DNA of 64,000 nucleotides, taken from positions 7,750,001-7,814,000 of the forward strand of contig CM120649.1 of NCBI GenBank assembly GCA_051362555.1, read 5' to 3'. The first letter of the stretch is position 1; every line of letters begins with the position of its first letter. The position numbers and the translations under genes were made by a program. The notes below the pieces were generated by a model that ran no database searches, was not told where the DNA came from, and saw only the letters and a list, made by a program, of their open reading frames with translations. Positions 26,418 through 38,670 of the stretch are shown piece by piece. The stretch comes from Lingula anatina (Eukaryota; Animalia; Brachiopoda).

Positions 26418-29400
26418 TCAGACTATTGAGCAGAACTGTCTTCTAACTTTGTTCTGATGACACTTTTTGGCTAAATCTTCTATAATATTGATCGTCCTTA
26501 TGGTATCTGGGTGTTTGGGACCAAGTACCTCCTCTCTCAATGCAAGACATTTTTTGTGATAATCAAGTGACTCTTTATACTCACCCATGGCCTTCAGTAC
26601 AAAACCGATATTGTTGAAGGAGTTGGCGGTATCGGGGTGCTTGGGACCAAGTACCTCCTCTCTCAATGCAAGACATATTTTGTGATAATCAAATGACTCT
26701 TTATACTTACCCATGGCCTTCAGTACATTACCGATATTGTTGTAGGAGCTGGTGGTATCGGGGTGTTTTGGACCAAGTATCTCCTCTCTCAATGCAAGAC
26801 ATTTTTTTTGATAATCAAGTGACTCTTTAAACTCACCCATGGCCTTCAGTACATTACCGATATTGTTGTAGGAGCAGGTGGTATCGGGGTGTTTGGGACC
26901 AAGTATCTCCTTTCTCAATGCAAGACATTTTTTGTGATAATCAAGTGACTCTTTAAACTCACCCATGGCCTTCAGTACATTACCGATATTGTTGTAGGAG
27001 CAGGTGGTATCGGGGTGTTTGGGACCAAGTATCTCCTTTCTCAATGCAAGACATATTTTGTGATAATGAAGTGACTCTTTATACTCACCCATGGCCTTCA
27101 GTACATTACCGATATTGTTGTAGGAGCAGGTGGTATCGGGGTGTTTGGGACCAAGTATCTCCTCTCTCACTGCAAGACATTTTTTGTGATAATAAAGTGA
27201 CTCTTTATACTCACCCATGGCCTTGAGTACAGTACCGATATTGTTGTAGGAACAGGTGGTATCGGGGTGTTTGGGACCAAGTATCTCCTCTCTCAATGCA
27301 AGACATTTTTTGTGATAAGAAAGTGACTCTTCATACTCACCCATGGCCTGCAGTACATTACCGATATTGTTGTAGGAGCCGGCGGTATCGGGGTGTTTGG
27401 GTCCAAGTATCTCCTTTTTCAATGCAAGACATTTTTTGTGATAATAAAGTGACTCTTTATACTCACCCATGGCCTTCAGTACAGTACCGATATTGTTGTA
27501 GGAGTCGGCGGTATTGGGGTGTTTGGGACCAAGTATCTCCTCTCTCACTGCAAGACATTTTTTGTGATAATGAAGTGACTCTTTATACCCACCCATGCCC
27601 TGCAGTACATTACCGATATTGTTGTAGGAGTCGGCGGTATTGGGGTGTTTTGGACCAAGCATCTCCTCTCTCACTGCAAGACATTTTTTGTGATAATGAA
27701 GTGACTCTTTATACTCACCCATGTCCTGCAGTACATTACCGATATTGCTGTAGGAGCTGGCGGTATCGGGGTGTTTGGGTCCGAGTGTCTCCTCTCTCAA
27801 TGGAAGACATTTTTTGTGATAATCAAGTGACTTTTTATAGTCGCCCATTTTCCGCAGTACATAACCGATATTACTGTAGGAGCTGGCGGTATCGGGGTGT
27901 TTGGGACCAAGTATCTCCTCTCTCAATGCAAGACATTTTTTGTAATAATCAAGTGACTCTTTATACTCACCCATGGCCTTCAGTACATTACCGATATTGC
28001 TGTAGGAGCTGGCGGTATTGGGGTGTTTCGGACCAAGCAGTTTAACCTGTTCATTTGACACAGATTTGTAAATATGTAGAGCATCCTGATATAGAAAAAT
28101 GCGACAAAAAATGTTTGCGATTATTGCCAGGTTGTTAATACTTTCCAGTTTTTTAGATGTATTTTGGGTTTTTAAAAATTTAATAACTAAAGCAGCAGTT
28201 TGTTTTATATTTGGTAACATCGCGGATAAAAGATTTGCATCAGTAGCACCAATATATTTCAGTTTAAACTTTTTAAGAACTTGTATATAATAACTGCAAA
28301 ATGCATCTTGGATTTCAAATATATAATCACCATATTTCTGGGAGTTGTATTCTGCATATTCCCTTAGTAAAGGGTGGATATCATAGGTGTGAAAATCTTT
28401 ACTAATGAGTGATTTGTTGGCAAGAATGTCTAATATATGTTCGCAATGACTTTGATCCAATCGTAAAATAACAGAGACTTCTTCCAGATTAAAAGCTACG
28501 GGGAATGTATGTAGTGCAACAAACACTTTTCTAACCTCCGGTTCTAATGTTTTATAAGTAATATCAAAGCAGTCTGATATTTTCTTTGGCATGCTTGGAA
28601 TGGAAAGAGTAGGTAGCATCTTTTGAGTTTTTATTTTCTCTAATACTGTATCTGTTTGTTTTTTGTCAAGAAATGCAGCTAGCAATTTTAATGCAAGGGG
28701 GTTATAGCCACACATTTCTGCCATTTCATCTAAGTTCGCTAACTCGCTGTCGGTGGGACTGGTTGATTTTTGTTCCCATAGGACGTCACGCGAGGAGATT
28801 TTATCAAGTTTATCAATCTCTAACATAACTATGTTATGTGATGTGAAATCAAATCTTTCACGACTGGCGCACAACAAACTGATATGTTTTGTTGAATCCA
28901 TTACATCTTTCAAAAATTCAGTAAACTCCTTCCTATTTGAACTTAAAAAAGACTCGTCATTATCTAGGATAAATAGGGTGTCAGTAGTCAAACTAGACAA
29001 AGTCTGCTTGAATATGTTTTGATAATCAGAGTATAAGTCTTTCAAATGACGTGTTGGGTGATAATGGTGGACAAGCGACAACTTGACGGAGTTAAGATCT
29101 GTCACTTGTCTCATATCAATGTACAGCACGTTTTGCATGCTTTGTCCCACCTTAACTGCTATGCTGGTCTTACCGATACCCCCCATCCCGGTTAGGAGAA
29201 TGAGTGGAACTTTATCCGTGATATGTTGGAGTATTGTGGTGACGACATCATCACGTCCCTTCAGCTCTGTGTTTGCTCTTGGTAACGTCGTGGAGAGCAG
29301 CTTGCAAGGGGCTTCTGAAATCAGATTTTTTTTTAAATTTTAAAAATAAAATTTAAATAACTCATCACTTCCAATTAACTTTTGTTTGGAAATATTTTAA

Positions 29401-30303
29401 AACTATGGAAACCGTAAAGATTATACAGACATGAAACGTTTTACTGAATAGTTAAAATGAAAAAATAAACATTGTTAAGTTAAATCGTCATATTTAAATG
29501 TACTATATCTGACATTATACAGCTCAATTGCCACTGACTTTTTTTAGAATATGGGATGTTTAATAATTATTTTCGCCAGTGTCTTTATAGATGTGACTCA
29601 ATCTTTGTTTTTTTATAACGCTGTGTTTGCATAAATATGTGTTTTTGTGTCTGTCAGTGCGTATGTCAGTGCACACGTGTATTCGTGTTAGAGTATCAGT
29701 TATCATTGTAAAGATGTGAAATATTCAATATATGTGGGGTAATATACCTAAAGGCTGACTCAGCAAATTGTCGTAGTCGTCACTAGTAAACAATCTCGAC
29801 AGAGACAGCAGAGTAGCTTTCAGATCAGCGAACTGGGTCTTGAAGTCTGCGTCTGAGAGACCTCCTGTTCCGTGAACGTATGTATTGCGGTACCCCTTCA
29901 CCCTGGCGATGTTGGCTTCTGTAGATGTGTCCGTGGATGGAGGATTGACCCATCTTGCACTAGGATTCAGGTTTGTGATATTTCTTAATAATACTACAGT
30001 CAGGGTAATATCTAAGTCCTTCAATGTCACAGCAGGGGCTGGGCTCACAGAGGGATAGAGGATATTCATTTGGCTGGGGTTTAAAATGTTCCTTCTTTTT
30101 AGTGTAAGTAATGAGTGTTTCACTGTTTGGTCATTTAGGACATCAGATATCACGCCATTACTTGATGGTCCATACAGCCCTGGATATCGTGCTTGTAACT
30201 GGTTACTGAGAACATCTCGAAGTACTCGGTTTCCATGATCCAGTAGCAGGCCCATGCGGATATGGTTTTCTTTGTCCTTTCTTGGAATTTCCCCAGTGCT
30301 CAT
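26418..30303 (-). CDS. NLR-like STAND protein: DZIP3-like HEPN domain + NB-ARC-type P-loop NTPase + 12 x 42-aa TPR repeats (~1150 aa)
   Basis: Exon 30303-29748 (donor TTAG|GTATAT, phase 1) splices in frame to exon 29314-26418 (acceptor TTTCAG). HEPN-like segment LDITLTVVLLRNI..ANIARVKGYRNTYVHG. Walker A GMGGIGKT, Walker B LFILDNDE, LLCASR, CGYNPLAL, IHPLLREYA. Repeats LGPKHPDTxxSYNNIGxVLxxMGEYKESLxYHKKCLALREEI. An acceptor just 5' of the ATG (about 30319) implies a UTR exon further upstream. Confidence 0.88.
26500..28040 (-). repeat. 126-bp coding tandem repeat (12 TPR units)
   Basis: Near-identical 126-nt units, each encoding a 42-aa kinesin-light-chain-type TPR. Confidence 0.95.
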
Positions 30304-30770
30304 TTCTGATCAAGATTACTGCAAAAAGTCAAGAGAGGAGTTTTAGGGTTCATCAAGACATTTCAATGTTCTTATTTTTTTCTTTTTTTCAGTAAATTTC
30401 ATTTCAATAGCATATTTGTCATACAAATAATATGATTTCGATAGTGAATAAGTTTTATTGTCTCTGATGTAGATTAAAAATTTCTTTCATGAAGTGACAA
30501 ACTTTGACATTTTGCTTGGACAAATTCCCAGAAAATATATGACTTGGTAACAAAGTTAGATATACATAGAATACAGTAGTTCAATATAATAATGTACCGG
30601 TCTTTTACTTAGCATTAAACATAGTCTAATTACAGCAAATGCTATGCATAAGTAAAATCAGATGGTGTCTACAGGTAGCCACCCCCACACTTATTTTCAT
30701 CATCAAGAGCAGTTCACCCCTAGGGACTCCATTATATATATATATATATATATATATATTATGGTTCTCC

Positions 30771-30816
<46 letters not shown>

Positions 30817-32504
30817 AGGTCCTATTAAGAACAGATGATCCTCAGATCTACTGATCCGCAAATCAAACATGGTGAAACCTACATGGAAACAAGACAGCTA
30901 AATTCAGTAATGGTCTCCCCACCTCCACACGTGCCGTCGCAGCAGGGGCATCGGAGATGAGCTTTAATCCGTTTAATGGCGCGCGTCAGTCTGGCTGAAG
31001 CGAAGCGACTGCCCTCCCCAAGGGAGCATTCACATCGAGGAGAGCTGAGGTCTAGTAAGGCCGCGACCTAAATATGACGGACCTACATGAAAGGAAGGCC
31101 GCTTATTCAATCAATGGTCTCTCTGCTTCTCACACGCCTCCTCCCGAGTCGTCCCTGTAGGGGCACACTAATTAAATCTAGGCTCAGGATTAAGGGGATT
31201 CCCTTTCATGTAGGTCCGCCATATTAAGGCATATTAGACCACGGCTATTCTTCATCTGAATGATCCCTTGAGGCCGTTGCTCTGATTCAGGAGAGCTAAC
31301 GCATTTATTCTTTTAAGAAAAAAAAAACCTTGAGTATTGAAATCGGCATTATTAAAGACCGTAGCACTTCAGTAACGTCCCCTTGTTATACAATTCATAC
31401 ATTATTATCTCTCTCTCTGGGTATATTGCGGAACCCAAGCCTGACAATAGGCTGAAGTTGTTCAACAAAAAAATGCACATAGTAAGGACGACCAGCTGCT
31501 GTGTTCATTTCTTGTTATATTCTGATGCACACCAATCCTTCAGTAAGCTTCTCTAGTGCGTGTTCTTCATAAAGTTTAGAAAGTATTATGTTTTAACACA
31601 GTAAAAACAATGTGCTTTGCTCCACAGTTGCTCCGGTGACAATCCTAGTACCCACCATGTTGAAAATTGGTCACAGAGCGTTGTTACTTTACATTTAGTT
31701 TCTACAACATAAACAAATTTTAAAAATGTATTTTTGCTTCATAAGTTTGTCTACAGGGCAAACATGATTATTTTAAGGGCTTTTCACAAACCTTTTCAAA
31801 ACGATTTTGACTAATTTATTTAGTTGGAGAAACAGTTTAAATAGCATTTAAGTAGTATAAAAATATTCGTTTTAGGCCCTTTTTAAAATTGTTATAGTTC
31901 TAATTTTGCAAGGTTTAACACAGATTTTATTTCACAAAATTTATTTTTCAACCCTTTTCTATCAGCACATACCACAATTATATAGTTACAACCTGCAAAA
32001 AAGAAGTTGTGTGCATTTAAATTAGGGGAGGGGGTCAAGCATACGGAAAACATGCCTTATTAGAATCAACCTTGTGTGGTCATGACAGTGCCCTTTCGAA
32101 AAATCTGTACTGTGTATTAAAGGTCTTTCCTTAACCTATCATGTGGCTTACCTAAATAATCCCTTATGATGTACATGATTTTTTAAAAGAATATTTAAAA
32201 TTATAACTTTTCAAGAGCTTAAAAAATGCTATATTTTGGCAAAATTGCCAATAAAAGATCTGCCCCCATATCTCTAAAACTAATGATCCAAAACAAGAAA
32301 GACAGTGGCTCACAATATCTTTCATGTTGATGGTTTACCACACCAAAAATTATTAAAATCTGCTGACCCCCACCTTGCCGCCTTTTGACCGATCTGTCTG
32401 GCTTTCTCATGGACGTGCTCTTAAAATAACCTCGATTTTGAAATCGGCATTATTAAAGACCGTAGCACTTCAGTAACGTCCCCTTGTTATACAAGTCATA
32501 CAGT

Positions 32505-32559
<55 letters not shown>

Positions 32560-33455
32560 GTCGAGACGGGTTCTGATACAATTTTCATTCAGAACATCCA
32601 AAATTGTCAGCCATCTTTATGCTCATTGATTATTTACATCGCATTTATTGACAGCTAAAATGAGATCAAGTATAGTAATCTTTCGTTGCAATGAAGCAAT
32701 AAATGACCCTTAGGCACTGATATTCGCGACTCAACATTGTTAACTGATAACAATGCGGATCAATGTGGTGATGGCCCAAAGTCCCACGCCCGGTCGAATG
32801 GAGCCGATATTTAATTACTGTGCCCCTGCAGGAACGACACGTGGAGAAGCGTGTGAGAAGCGGAGAGACCATTACTAGGATACAGAATTAAGCGGCCTTC
32901 CTTTTATGTAGGGTCCGCCATATTTGAGCCTTCGACCAGTTGCTACTCGTCTAGGCCTATTCTATTCTTAATGCCCCCTTTGATCGCATTCAGAACAGCG
33001 TTCTACAGATCAAAAATGGTGACCCACTAAAATCTTGCCACTCATATTCCCGATTAGACACTCCGCAGATTCCCGAGGAAACAAGTATTCAAGTGGGTCG
33101 GACATATTTGATCCACGGATCTGTTAGTCCACTGTTCTGAATGCTCTCTTAGTAGGCCCCTAGTGGTATTTATTTATTTATCTTATAGAAGATGTGAAAT
33201 AAAATTTTATAACACTAAATATTCGAGCGGGGCAAATATCTTTATATTTGATTTATATTTAAATCACAAATAAAAAATATGGTTTTACTGTCAGTAATAA
33301 GTATTTTCCCCCCTAATAATATTGAGAGACAGGCAATTTAAAGTCATAATAACTCTTCGTTTTAGCCAAAAATTGGATTTTCCTGGAGTAAACGGCAATT
33401 TTCCCGTACTTACCAATGGTCAGCAACCCTATTCCTGCATTCTAAGTTAGTTCAG

Positions 33456-34187
33456 GCTCCCGTTTCACAAAGAATCTTAAATCCGTAGTTGACTAGCTCG
33501 AGCTGAATGGCCTAGCTAGGTCGACTACGCTGCAGTCGACTAGGAGTGTTTCACAAAGAATCTAACGTCTTAGCTTGGCGTGTTTACCGTAGTCGACGCG
33601 CACGAGAAACTCTTCAAGAAAAGGAGGTGTAAAATTTCTAAAGTTTCACAAGACGTGACATTTCATGGCCCCTTTCGGCCGAGAACGATCGTTTATCAAC
33701 AATAAAAATCAACCAAAACATAAACAAAGTTTTTTTAACTTTATTGATTAGTTTCACTTCAATACAACTTCAAAGTAACAGTTAAACATTAGCTTGTCGT
33801 GGAACACTGCTGACGGACGTCTAGCGGTCATAAACATAAACAAACACGCGATCGGCTGGGTGAAGTGGCATTTTATTTTTTATTTCAATATTCCATAAAT
33901 GTCAGTGCTATTCAAGGATATTATAACACAATATCTTGAAGGAGGTATGTTCTTTCCAAAATTTTGTTGTTTATGCTCTCATTTACCGAGTTTTAGTTGA
34001 GCTTGCCGACTTAAGTCTCCTCCCGAGGAGGCTAGACATCGTCGACTAGCAGCTAAAAAAAAAAAAGATGTAAGCGACATTTTAGAATCTTTGTGAAACG
34101 GGACTTAGTGACGTAACGACTTAATTACGTTGGTAACCTAGCTCTTAGCCAGGGAAACCAACTTAAGTTTTTTTGTGAAACGGGGGC
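33456..34187. mobile_element. PIF/Harbinger-type MITE
   Basis: TIR GCTCCCGTTTCACAAA / TTTGTGAAACGGGGGC, with internal repeats of the TIR core; 3-bp TSD CAG. Confidence 0.8.
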
Positions 34188-34243
34188 CAGGTTTTTTTTT
34201 TTTCCTAAACGTTTGGTTTTTTTTCTTAAAATCTCTTAAGAGA

Positions 34244-34750
34244 TTTTAACTGACGGAGCCCTCTCTAACATTGTACAGTCGCGCGAAATCGAACGATAGT
34301 TTCTGGTGACCTACTTAAAACCGCGGGAAAAGCAAACCACAACAACGCTATATAACAAAAATATAAAATTCATAAGATATTTTCGTCTTATTGCTCAAAA
34401 TGCATTTATATATACAATGTGTGCAATTCTTGGCTTTTCGTTATCCGACGCACTGTACAAAAACTCGCAACTTACGTCTGCGAATCGCATCAGGGGTTTG
34501 GCGCCAAATGTTATTCTGGTTTCGAATGAACGCGAGAATCCGCGTGACACCCCAACGTCATTGGCAACGGATGCCTTGACGACCGGGAAGAAAGGCATCG
34601 GATGCCCTATTGACAAGCACATATTTCAGTTTTACTATAATGACGGCTGTTTTAGTGGTAAAATGCAATATAATATATTTCCATGCGTTGTTTACAGTGT
34701 ATTTCTTGCGGAATTTTGGATCTCAAAGGAAGAGTTATTATTGCTTTAAC
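34244..34750 (+). repeat. ~500-bp unit bounded by TTAA, repeated at 38637-38670 + 40621-41079
   Basis: Both copies start TTTAACTGACGGAGCCCT and end GAAGAGTTATTATTGCTTTAA. The ORF track gives paralogous spurious ORFs at 34391 and 40722. Confidence 0.85.
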
Positions 34751-37700
34751 CAAGGAGTTAAAACAGAAGGAGATTACACGCAAGCCTTTCTATTGTCCGA
34801 TGTCTGTTACGGTGGGCGGAGCTAGCGACGGGGGGCCTCCGGTCTCAAGGTTTCGTCTGCGTCGCTCTCCTCAGCTTGGAGATAAATTTCATATGCGTTA
34901 TTTCGCGTTAGAATTCGAGATCAGTTATGTCAAAGCGCCGCTGTATGCTGACGATTTTTTTCACAGGTAATTATTTGGACGATGTGCTGGAAGGGAACGA
35001 TATCATAGAAAGCGATTATAAGGTGGTGACTGAGGATGGTCGCCATGAGCTTTTTTTAGTCGGTGATAGATGGCTTTTTTATGGCACAACCCGGTGAAAA
35101 ATCACCAAGGAGAAGTCAAAAGAAAACGTCCCAACTGTGGTTTGTGAAAATGACATTCAAGTGAACGTCTGTCCTCACTGCCAAAGGACATAATATTAAT
35201 ACATTAACGTTTGGAACCTCCTGCCCTTGGGTCCCATAAACATATACATTGTGACAGTGCCTACGCTTTGTGTCTGGTTTTAAATTTCTTAAAGTATTTT
35301 TTCTCTCACTCGGTATAATTTTAATATTATAATGCATTTAATTAAAATTTTAATCCAAGGTTGAGGCAATGCCACGACACGTCAGTTTACTGAATACTCA
35401 TTATAAATTTCTTTATCTTGGAAATTTCCCTTTTTTTCAGGATTATTTGACACGTACTAACACTGTTCATATTTGTCGGTAAACAAGTGCACAGTGCTAT
35501 ACATTAAGAATAATTTTAATTCATTCATAAATATATTTATGTAAAAAATATATCAGAAATTTTAGTATTCACTGAGCTCTTTAAAGTGAAACAAATAAAG
35601 ATGAGAATATTGAATTTCAAACTATTATTTACTATATTAACTTAAAATATCTTTTAAGTCAACTCTATACTCAAGCACTCTATACTCATGAAAGTAGCAT
35701 CTGTGAGTAAAACTATTTTATTATATCAATAGAAGAACAAAAACAAAAATTTTACACATAAGCAGTAATAAATGAAGTCATAAGAATGATTAAGTTGCTA
35801 CAGTTTTCCAGTGTTATGCAGTCTATGATGGCATTTTTTTTCAACTGTGCAAATAGAAATAATTATATTCTTTTTTATCTGACTTGCTGATACCAGTCTG
35901 TGCCAGATACTATTCCACTAACAGGCCAGCAAGGTCTGAGAATCTAATGGGCCGAATGAAAAAAAAAATCCTAGAAGATAAAGTGGTTAATTCTTACAAA
36001 TAGGATAAAAAACATGGGATTTTCAAAAGGTTATTATAGATCAAGACAACACTTAGTAAGAACATTTATAAAATGTAACAGCTGAAAAAATTAACTGGTA
36101 AATAAGCAGTAAGTGACTGCTTTAAAGAAATTTCACTGAAACAGAAATTTCACTGGCAATCAGGTAGACTGTTATACCATGGCACTCAACAATTTATATA
36201 TAGGTTTTGAATTTTTTTCCACGTAACAGTAACATAAAATTTTTGTCCACTTTTGCAATGTATAGAGTCAGTTAGGTGACTGAAAATATTTTAAAATGTC
36301 ATAAAGGAGCACTATTAATTTAATGCAATCTCTGTTGGCCAGTCTTATCCAGTTTCTTCTCCAAAAAGGACAACTCAAGTGAGAATTTCTTCAGGGCCTT
36401 TTCTTCTGCCTTGCTAATGCCATACCACTCAGAAAAGAGAGAAACCTGTAGGTTAGAAAAAAAAACATAATAATAGCATTATGAACTACTAGTATCCATG
36501 TAGACATTATGGAATTACGCAGTGAAGTTTAATGTGTCTTGTTATGACTTGACTGAAATAATGTTCACCACATAAATGAACAATTTACAACTAAATTTAT
36601 ATAGAACATCAAGATTCATGATCACAAGCTAATAACCCCAAGAAATTGAAAGAAATTGTACTTATTACAAGAAATTATTTAAATCCGCCCTGGTTCCTAC
36701 TCTTCTGACAGGACAAAAAGGGGATTTCAGAGAGGCTGGTTGCTAAAAGGAAAATGCCCAAGGTTGTTGTATTTTGAAAAAAAAATTAAAAAGGGTACTG
36801 TTGTTAGTGAATGTTTAATGCATCTTAGGCATTATGACAAAAGTAACTTACCCCAGACACACTGACCTCCTTTTTTCATTGACATATTTTAATTTTTTCC
36901 AGCCTGACCATAATTCATATATTCAATGCAGCCTTCTCCCATATCTATAATAGAAAAAAAAACTTGAGTAGTGTTAAGATATGCATGTCAAATTCATTAT
37001 CAATTTTGAGAGAATTTCTGTTTCAACACTACAAGATGAAATATTTAATTTCAAGTAATGAATAAACCTTAATAGAGTTCTATTCTTTTGTAACCACCAA
37101 GGCAAAGCTTCTTTCTTAAAATGAACTGAAACATCCAAGCTTGCCACCTAACATGCCAAAGTAGTGAAGTATAATTTAAGTAGAGAAGCAAGTACCCCTT
37201 AATTATAGAGGTGTCTTACACAATAAGGTGTGTCTTACACACCTTGACTCAAAGAGAGATGTGTAGTGAGATAACAGGTAAAGTAATTGTTGGAGCCTAG
37301 GTGAACTTAAAACCTTAAGACTTTAAATTAAGAAGCACCAGGATTCATGTGTGTTCTTTTTTCAAAGGTTTAATATGAATTAAAACATATATAATTATGT
37401 AAAAAGAAGACTAAATAAGTTAAAAATAACTATGCCAAAGACACTGTGAAGTCAAACTTCCTGTTAGACCGCCATGATGGAAAATGCTGGGTGGAGGCAA
37501 AATTTTCCAGTCAAAAAAACTGAGCACTTTACTTTAACAACAAAGTTACCACTCCAAAGCCACCCACCATGGTGAGAAGAAAAATGATGACCAACTGTCA
37601 TGATAAGTCTTTTTAGATTTAAACATGAAAAAGGTAAAGGCCAAAATGGTACATTTACCCATAACACTAGAGTAAAAAATTGGTATTCTGAACAAATCAG

Positions 37701-38635
37701 GTTATTTTTTTCAAGAAATATTGGAGCAATACCCATGCAATATATACCACGCCACGACCAAGATGTTCAAGAATCTAAACACACCAATTTTTTTTATAAT
37801 CTTGCATTTGAAAAGTACAAAAAGCGGTTAGGCTTTTAGCCGTAACAAGCGTAACACTTTTTGATCGGAACTCATGAAAATTGTCAATTGTCGTATCCAA
37901 GCTAGACCACATGTAAAATCGCAAAAAAAAAAACACTACTGCTCAAGCAAGTGTGTTGCACACATAACAATTAGTTAAATTTTATGACTGTCATGTGACA
38001 CAAGTTTTAAAAAGTAGGAGGAAAATGTCTTTTGGAGTAATTTTTTTTTTCGAAATATTAACAAGATGGCGGCTTAAGCATCTGCTTGTTATTCGGCTAT
38101 TGAAAGTGCACCCAAGTTTTATTCTTTGCTATTGCCACAAATTACTTAACATTTGCAACTGTATAAAGACCAAACTTTCTTCATCTGATACTATATTTAT
38201 AGGCACTTGTTATGAGTGGGAAATATTTTTCGTGCAATATTTATTCTCCACACACCACCTCGCGAGATCAACGTGTAGCTGGACACTTACACAGTGAGAC
38301 CCTACGACATAAAAGTTGCAATTTATCTTCATATTTCGTGTAGTTATGCATTTAAAAGCACTTACCTGTTTTTTGAAAACCTTGTCCAACGTAATATCAT
38401 ATAAATTCTGTATTTCCCTCATTTTTTAGAAACTTGGGACTCCGTTTCTGTTTCTGTCCTCAAAAATCAACAGACGAAGGCACAGATACTAACAAACGAG
38501 ATTTAAACGAGAGTAATTAAGCGTAACAGAGATAGGCATCCATTGTTCTCTGGGTTCTATTCATTCCGACCAATGAGAGACCGTAATACGGGCTCCGCCC
38601 CCACGCGTGTTATCTCCTTCTGTTATAACTCCTTG
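34751..38635. mobile_element. Non-autonomous TIR DNA transposon, probably P superfamily
   Basis: 31-bp TIR CAAGGAGTTAAAACAGAAGGAGATTACACGC / GCGTGTTATCTCCTTCTGTTATAACTCCTTG; 7-bp TSD CTTTAAC; no transposase ORF. The superfamily is inferred from the CA..TG termini and TSD length. Confidence 0.75.
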
Positions 38636-38670
38636 CTTTAACTGACGGAGCCCTGTCTGACACTGCATAG

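Noticed and set aside
27044-28045. Plus-strand Cys/Arg/Tyr-rich repeat ORFs (also 55879-56901)
   Set aside because: Antisense shadows of the 126-bp TPR repeats.
34306-34970. Overlapping ORFs conserved with 40722-41138
   Set aside because: The similarity reflects the duplicated 500-bp DNA unit in all frames; no protein motif or codon-level constraint is evident.
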